Shown: in pieces, positions 61,780 to 64,000 of the stretch | Numbering within the stretch: the first letter of the stretch is position 1 | How the letters are laid out: every line of letters begins with the position of its first letter | NCBI GenBank assembly: GCA_963712115.1 | Contig: CAVQGX010000011.1 | Coordinates: 1-64,000 of the forward strand | Direction of reading: 5' to 3' | Length of the DNA: 64,000 nt | DNA from: an uncultured delta proteobacterium | GTDB lineage: Bacteria > Desulfobacterota > Syntrophobacteria > BM002 | Translations under genes and position numbers: made by a program | Notes under the pieces: generated by a model | The model's input: the letters and a program-made list of their open reading frames with translations, nothing else | Databases searched by the model: none | What the model was told of the DNA's origin: nothing

Positions 61780-62325
61780 ATGCGAAAAACAGCTATTTAT
61801 GGTCTCGTCACAATTTGTCTGATGGTCTTGCTGGATATGTCGACATGGGCAGGATGGGACCCGGCTCGGGAGCAGAAAGAAAAGGAGCTTGTCGAGGAAA
61901 CCATTGTCAAGTTCAAGCAAGCCGACTCCAGTATGAAAGTGTTTTTTGATAAGGCTTACGGTTATGTTGTCTTCCCATCAATCGGCAAAGGTGGCTTTAT
62001 CGTTGGTGGTGGTCACGGGGATGGATGGGTCTATGAAAAAGGAAGACATATTGGCCGTGCCACCGTGACGGAACTAACGGTGGGCGCTCAGATTGGCGGT
62101 CAGTCCTTCAGCGAAATAATCTTCTTTGCAGATAAGTCAACCTTAGATGATTTCAAGAGGGGAAATTGGGAACTCGACGCTCAGGCATCGGTAATCCTGG
62201 TGAAGTCAGGGGCTTCTAAAGACGCAAGCTACGACCATGGAGTGGCTGTTTTCACTATGCCCAAGAGCGGCTTAATGGCAGAAGCTACTGTGGGCGGTCA
62301 GAAGTTCCAGTACATTGCCAAATAG
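61780..62325 (+). CDS. YSC84/SYLF-like lipid-binding exported protein
   Basis: Signal peptide; VFPSIGKGGFIVGGGHG, GAQIGGQ, GLMAEATVGGQKF; upstream TTGACA-N16-TAAAAT at 61668-61695. Confidence 0.88.
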   Translation: MRKTAIYGLVTICLMVLLDMSTWAGWDPAREQKEKELVEETIVKFKQADSSMKVFFDKAYGYVVFPSIGKGGFIVGGGHGDGWVYEKGRHIGRATVTELTVGAQIGGQSFSEIIFFADKSTLDDFKRGNWELDAQASVILVKSGASKDASYDHGVAVFTMPKSGLMAEATVGGQKFQYIAK

Positions 62326-62376
62326 GACGACTCTCTAGCTCCATAACCCCCTTATCAGACAACTTCTCCTCTTTTT

Positions 62377-62432
62377 CCCACCGACAATTGTGTTAGGCCC
62401 AAGGGAGCAACATAGGTCGGTGGGGTTTTCTT
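62377..62432 (+). terminator. Probable intrinsic terminator
   Basis: CCCACCGAC ... GTCGGTGGG stem followed by GTTTTCTT; long internal loop. Confidence 0.55.
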
Positions 62433-62610
62433 ATAGTAGACTTAAAGGGTTAGGTGTTGACTTTCACTGAGCTCTCGTGGTTTATTCACTGGCGGGCTTT
62501 AGTCATAACCGAAGCGTTAAGGCGACACATAAACTGAGACAAGAGTAAACACCGGGCTCTAGAGATTTCTCAAAAGTCTAGGTGACTCAGGATGAGAAGG
62601 GATTTCATCT

Positions 62611-62964
62611 ATGTCTAAACAGTCGGACAGACGTGACTACCCCAGGGCTGATGTTAAATGGCCAGTTACTTTAATCACCCCTGAGGCCCAAATTGAAGGA
62701 GAGATAGAGAATTTCACCCCCAAGGGGTTATTTGTCTCCTGCGCTGAAGTGCCGCCTTCGGAGGGCATCTTAAGACTAGTCATTAAAGTGCCCGGCCGTC
62801 CGACCATGAATGTTGCTGGCAAGGTTATTTGGTCGACGATTATTGATACCACTGAGAGTGGAGCAAGGTTAGGCGTGGGTATACAATTCACAGAGATCTC
62901 CAAAAGTGACTTAAAGGTCCTCCACGAAGCCGCGACTGAGTACCACCGAGATGAAGAAGGGTGA
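62611..62964 (+). CDS. PilZ domain protein
   Basis: RRDYPR, NFTPKG, GKVIW, GIQF; shares VKWP.T.IT with 60488-60838. Confidence 0.85.
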   Translation: MSKQSDRRDYPRADVKWPVTLITPEAQIEGEIENFTPKGLFVSCAEVPPSEGILRLVIKVPGRPTMNVAGKVIWSTIIDTTESGARLGVGIQFTEISKSDLKVLHEAATEYHRDEEG

Positions 62965-63141
62965 GGGCAAGCAAGGACTCACTGATTCATTCCAATCAGA
63001 GACCAGCGAGCACACACAATAAGTATTTTACTTGCTCCTTTCAGCCTCCTCTTCCCCGCCTTCGGTATCATGCCGGGCCAGTGGGTGATTTTTTGCAAAG
63101 AACCGGGGAGACAGAGACTATCGATCGACTGTTTTTGTACT

Positions 63142-63157
63142 TGGCACTTTGTTTGCA
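63142..63157 (+). promoter_or_regulatory. sigma54 promoter
   Basis: TGGCACT-TTGT-TTGCA, near-perfect -24/-12 consensus. Confidence 0.7.
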
Positions 63158-63167
63158 TGGAAAAGCA

Positions 63168-63255
63168 AGCGAGCATTTTGCTCCAATAATGTTCCCTCCC
63201 TTTTCTCTGTCCCCCATCGGCCTTAGTGTGGTTGAGCCGATGGGGGGTTTTTTTT
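63168..63255 (+). ncRNA. Candidate sigma54-dependent small RNA (~88 nt)
   Basis: Bounded by the sigma54 promoter and an intrinsic terminator; 5' hairpin GAGCA-UUU-UGCUC; CU-rich linker; no SD-led ORF. Confidence 0.55.
63211..63255 (+). terminator. Rho-independent terminator
   Basis: 11-bp perfect stem CCCCCATCGGC/GCCGATGGGGG followed by G-T8. Confidence 0.85.
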
Positions 63256-63328
63256 GACTCACTCAACTATTTGACTAGTTGACCACTTTGCGATTAGAAT
63301 CCCAGCGAAATTTTGTTTTGGAGTAAGA

Positions 63329-64000
63329 ATGAGCGAGAAGCTGGTAGAGCATATTGGTAATCTTAGAAAGAGTTTAAAGGCGATCATCCTTGCCCACAAC
63401 TACCAGCGGCCGGAAGTGCAGGATATTGCTGATTTTACCGGGGACTCCCTGGAGTTGAGTCGCAAGGCAGCGGGGACCGATGCTGAGGTGATTGTTTTTT
63501 GCGGAGTCCATTTCATGGCTGAAACCGCTAAGATTCTTTCACCGGAGAAGACTGTGCTGCTGCCTGACGAGGAAGCCGGTTGTCCCATGGCGGATATGAT
63601 CACTCTAGAGCAATTGGAGGAGGAGAAGGCCAAGTATCCCGGGGTCCAGGTAGTCTGCTATGTGAATTCCAGTGCTGCGGTAAAGGCGGGCTCAGACATC
63701 TGCTGCACCTCTGCCAACGCGGTACAAGTTGTGAAAACCGTGGAAAAAAACCGGCCGATTCTTTTCGTTCCGGACCAATACCTCGGTCACTACGCCATGG
63801 GCAGGACAGGCAGACAAATGCATCTCTGGCCCGGATATTGTCCCACCCATGTGAAAATAGGGGTTGCGGATGTGAGAAGACAAAAGGCCCGCCACCCTGG
63901 GTCCAAGGTTGTGGTTCATCCCGAGTGTCGGCCCGATGTGATCGACGAAGCGGATGAGGCTCTCAGCACCAGTGGTATAATTCGCTATGCAAGATCATAC
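63329..64000 (+). CDS. nadA: Quinolinate synthase, 3' end outside window
   Basis: Not in ORF track. Manual translation: MSEKLVEH..ILAHNYQRPEVQDIADFTGDSL..FCGVHFMAETAK..AGCPMA..YVNS..CCTSAN..GYCPTH..HPEC. Confidence 0.95.
   Translation, partial: MSEKLVEHIGNLRKSLKAIILAHNYQRPEVQDIADFTGDSLELSRKAAGTDAEVIVFCGVHFMAETAKILSPEKTVLLPDEEAGCPMADMITLEQLEEEKAKYPGVQVVCYVNSSAAVKAGSDICCTSANAVQVVKTVEKNRPILFVPDQYLGHYAMGRTGRQMHLWPGYCPTHVKIGVADVRRQKARHPGSKVVVHPECRPDVIDEADEALSTSGIIRYARSY

Noticed and set aside
62961-63266. ORFs 62961-63257(+), 62979-63266(-) and 63068-63262(-)
   Set aside because: No motifs or SDs; they overlap a promoter and terminator that are better explained as a non-coding unit.

Overview
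Chromosomal core region of an anaerobic Desulfobacterota/deltaproteobacterium-like organism (inferred from gene content). From left to right: (1) a minus-strand hdrL-flxD(mvhD)-flxC-flxB-flxA electron-transfer operon, with two in-frame UGA selenocysteine codons, SECIS-like hairpins and a Rex-like operator; (2) a Tat-exported molybdoenzyme, a sigma54 activator, pyrBC, nrdJ and nfi; (3) a peptidoglycan-recycling cluster (ldcA, serine hydrolase, mpl); (4) tilS-ftsH-folP-glmM-coaX; (5) an ACF/Frz-order chemosensory operon headed by a PilB/GspE ATPase fused to a receiver domain; (6) a peptide ABC transporter; (7) xseA-M23-xseB-ispA-dxs-tlyA-rlmH; (8) a small accessory stretch (thioredoxin fusion, bactofilin, two PilZ proteins, YSC84-like protein); (9) nadA. 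Intergenic DNA is dense with non-autonomous elements: four copies of one MITE-like family, a second MITE abutting one of them, nested REP-like palindromes, and many 7-9-nt-period degenerate repeat arrays arranged as inverted pairs. Top leads are the chemosensory system whose only apparent output is a phosphorylatable pilus/secretion ATPase, a candidate sigma54-dependent ~88-nt sRNA, and the periodic inverted intergenic repeats. Three single-base frameshifts suggest assembly indel errors. No tRNA, rRNA, CRISPR array or transposase was seen. All family assignments are from motif recognition by eye, not database searches.
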